This document shows positions 61,088 through 64,000 of a stretch of DNA of 64,000 bases, piece by piece. Every line of letters begins with the position of its first letter. Position 1 is the stretch's first letter. The translations under genes were made by a program, and so were the position numbers. Below the pieces are notes generated by a model, which saw only the letters and a list, made by a program, of their open reading frames with translations, was not told where the DNA came from and searched no databases. The stretch is from Mobula hypostoma (taxonomy: Eukaryota): positions 28,522,001 to 28,586,000 of the forward strand of contig NC_086118.1 in assembly GCF_963921235.1 (NCBI RefSeq). Reading direction: 5' to 3'.

Positions 61088-63010
61088 AGTGTTCATGGAT
61101 TCATTATCCATTCAGGTGGCGGTGAAGGAGCTGTTCCTAAAATGTTGACCGTTTGTCTTCAGGCTCCTGTACCTTTTTAATGGTAAAAATGAGAAGAGGG
61201 CATGTCCTGGACGATGAGGGTCCTTAATGATAGATGCCACCTTTCTGAGGCCTCGCCTTCTGAAGGTGTGCTTGATGCTGGCCATGATGGAGTTGGCAGA
61301 GTTTACAATTTTCTGCAGCTTTTTCTGTTCCTGTGCAGTGGCCGCTTCATACCAGGTGGTGATGCATGCAGTTACAATGCTCTCTACAGTGCATCTGTTG
61401 TAAAAATTTGTGCCTGTCTTTGGTGACATACCAAGTCTCCTCAATCTCCTAACGAAATACAGTCACTGTAGTGCTGTCTTTGTAATTGCATCAATATGTT
61501 GGGCCCAGGATAGGTCTTCAGAGATATTGACACCTAGAAACTTGAACCTATTCACCCTTTCCACTGCTTATTGCTCTAAGGACTGGCCTGGGTTCCCTTG
61601 ACATCCCGCATCCTGCTTTTTGGAGTTTTTATTATTAAAGGAAAAATCAGACATACCCTGCAATTAAGCATAGACAAGGTTTCCTCACATTTTATACCAT
61701 TTTCTATACACATTTTCTCATCGAATTGATAAATCTCAGTTCAGATTGTGTGGTTCAGTAACAGTTCTCTAATCTAGTTAAAATGATACTTATTGTGTGC
61801 CTCATTCACACAGAGACCCAGTTGTGGCCTATGTACAGCAATAGCCTTTGTAATCTCACCATTGTGCAATGTAAAATCCCATAGAAATTGGCAGTAATGC
61901 AAAAGCTGGGGCTGCTTGTTCACTTGTGTCTGGGAATTCCAGGCAATTGATGTAGTATGTGATTTATCATCCTTATTAAAGTATTTCCAGCCAGGCAACT
62001 CGTTGCACAGACGTTGTGCACAAAGATTCTGGTTTCTTAAAGCTCTTTTCCTCTTTTATTTCCATAGGGTTTTCACAGGGATTATTTCAGATCACGGACT
62101 TTAGAATAATAGAACGGATTTTATGTATTGATCATTTGTTTTAATGAGTTTTGTTTAGGTAGCATATTATATGCAGTTGTGAAAATCCAAACACAGACAA
62201 TATTTGTCCAGTATAATCAAGGGTAGCTCTTTTTGTTTAGTACTCAGAACCTTACAAGGATCTTTTTTTTGGAGAAAATATCTTACAAATAGTCTATAGA
62301 CTTGGAAAACTCTGATTAATGAATTAAAGTGTGCACATTTACTTGAGAAAACTTTGATACCATATCAGGGAAAAGGAGATACACTATTCAGGAAATAACC
62401 TATTTAAATATAACGGCTTCTTATGTATGTTAGAGACTACAGGAAATGTTCTTATCTGTCATTATATGAAACTTTCACAGTGTTTCTATATTTCTTGTTT
62501 TTAAGTTGTGTCTAGTCTGTGGTAAATGGCATCTTAAAGTTGGTAACAAGTCTTTTCAGATCTAACTGAAACATCTTTTGTGGAGGTTACTATCTAACCA
62601 AATCTGACTGCGATACAATAACGGATGTTGCTGCATCTGATTCCATCATTTTTGCATGGTCAATAAAATGTTCTTTTGTTTCCCCTTACCTCAAAACTTC
62701 TTGAAATTCCAATTAGCAAATGAAAAAGGTTAAAGTTATATTTTCAATCTTCTGAAATATCAAAGTTTCTCTTTCAGCTCCTTTTAACCCATAATTTTTA
62801 AGTTGCTTGATTTTGAGTTTTATTATGCCCTGTGGAAAAACACAAACCACTTAACTGAGCTGTCACCAGTGAGCCTCTGTGTCTGCTTGCTAGTAACTGT
62901 GTCTTATTGTTCTAACTTGTCGTAAATTATCTCAGATTTTTTTTTACAGCAGTTGGGTATTTATTCCAACTGTAATTTGAAAGTGTTTTTTTTCTCTCTT
63001 TATGCTGTAG

Positions 63011-63199
63011 GTGCAGAAAATAGCTCAATCAAAGCCAACATAATGTCAGAACATTCCCGAGATGGAGGCATCAAGCAGCCCATGCAGAACGAGAAGCCAG
63101 GCTCTGACCACTTTGGGTATGTGGGTATTGACTCCATTCTCGAACAGATGAGGAGGAAAGCCATGAAGCAAGGATTTGAATTCAATATAATGGTTGTAG
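63011..63199 (+). CDS. SEPT9: Septin-9 internal coding exon (polybasic region and start of the GTPase domain)
   Basis: Pyrimidine tract + TAG acceptor (63010), GTAAGA donor (63200); 189 nt, phase 1-1; encodes ...MSEHSRDGGIKQ...FGYVGIDSILEQMRRKAMKQGFEFNIMVVG, matching the SEPT9 signature as I recall it. Confidence 0.93.
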
Positions 63200-63469
63200 G
63201 TAAGAACCAAAGAATAATTTTCTTTCTTTATCCTTTTTTAATGTTTGAAATACAGCAATAAATGAATCTTGACAAGCTTTCCTGATTAAATGTCAGATGT
63301 AGTCCTGGGTGATTATTGCACTATAAGGTGCTCCACATAACATGCAACTTAAGTCACCAACATGCGAGTGAAATGTAATCAATTTCAGGCATTCCGTTCT
63401 CTTGCACAACAGTTTTCAAATACCTTTTATTACCAAGATATAGTTAAAAGATTAAGCAGCAGTTTAAGA

Positions 63470-64000
63470 TGGATATAAAAGGCTTTGAGAGGTTGGTCAT
63501 AGCTAGAATCAACTCCTGCCCAAGTGAAGACCTGCACTGACTGCAATCTGCTATCGTCACAATAGGTCTACAATGGATGCAATCTCGCTGGCTCTCTATC
63601 CAGCCTTGGATCACTTGGAAATAGTATATTTGTGTCAGGCTGCTGTTTATTGAGTACAGCTCAGAGCTCAACACAATTATACCCTCAGTTTTAATCAAAA
63701 GGCTTCAAACACTGAGTCTCTATACCTCCTTTAGCAACGAGATCCTTGTCTTCCTGACCGAGAGACCACTGTCAGTGTGGATCAGAAGTTAAATCTCTCC
63801 CTTGCTGACAATGCTGGCACACCTCAAGGATGCGTGTTTAGCCCACTTGCTCTACACCCATGGCAGTGTGGCTAGGTACAGCTCAAAGCCGTACATAAAC
63901 CTGCAGATGACCCAACTACTGTTGGCAGAATTTCAGATGTTGATGAGGAGGTGTACAGGAGTGAGATAGATCAGCTGGTTGAGTGCTGTCACAGCAACAC
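63470..64000 (+). mobile_element. Degenerate Rex1/Babar-type RT fragment running off the window
   Basis: [49 protein letters not shown](P)ADD. Confidence 0.85.

Larger units (their letters stand above)
59366..61600 (-). mobile_element. Rex1/Babar-type LINE 3' part (59366-59539 and 61088-61600), host of the RTE insertion
   Basis: RRLGMSPKTGTNFYNRCTVESIVTACITTWY...KVASIIKDPHRPGHALFS...FRNSSF; tail aatcaggtttaatatcactg. Confidence 0.85.

Noticed and set aside
62953..63261. 102-aa ORF as a complete gene
   Set aside because: Only 63011-63199 is septin-like; the rest is intron read-through across clear splice sites

Overview
Eukaryotic, repeat-rich vertebrate DNA. The repeat families (HE1-like V-SINEs, HER1-like CR1, Rex1/Babar, RTE, Penelope-type hairpins) suggest a cartilaginous fish, probably a ray (inference). 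The only host coding sequence I can support is one 189-nt SEPT9 (septin-9) exon at 63011-63199 (+), so about 63 kb upstream is most simply one large SEPT9 intron filled with nested transposons. Highlights: (1) a very young Gmr1-type (SCAN-like gag) LTR element, 23333-28231 (-), with near-identical LTRs and an open 977-aa ORF: intact Gag-protease fused in frame to a mosaic of catalytically dead IN/RT/RNaseH remnants; (2) a solo LTR of a sister subfamily inside an RTE inside a Rex-type LINE; (3) an AcademX DNA transposon deletion derivative (13920-15961) with three telomeric hexamers at its deletion breakpoint; (4) a hAT-like MITE with a duplicated end; (5) a 141-bp Penelope-type fold-back insertion with a 14-bp TSD, plus decayed hammerhead motifs; (6) a fragmented Mag-like Gypsy element; (7) an internally deleted CR1 that keeps its 5' end and a sense splice donor 6 kb upstream of the SEPT9 exon. 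Family names come from motif recognition by eye, not database searches. Boundaries of old repeats are approximate.
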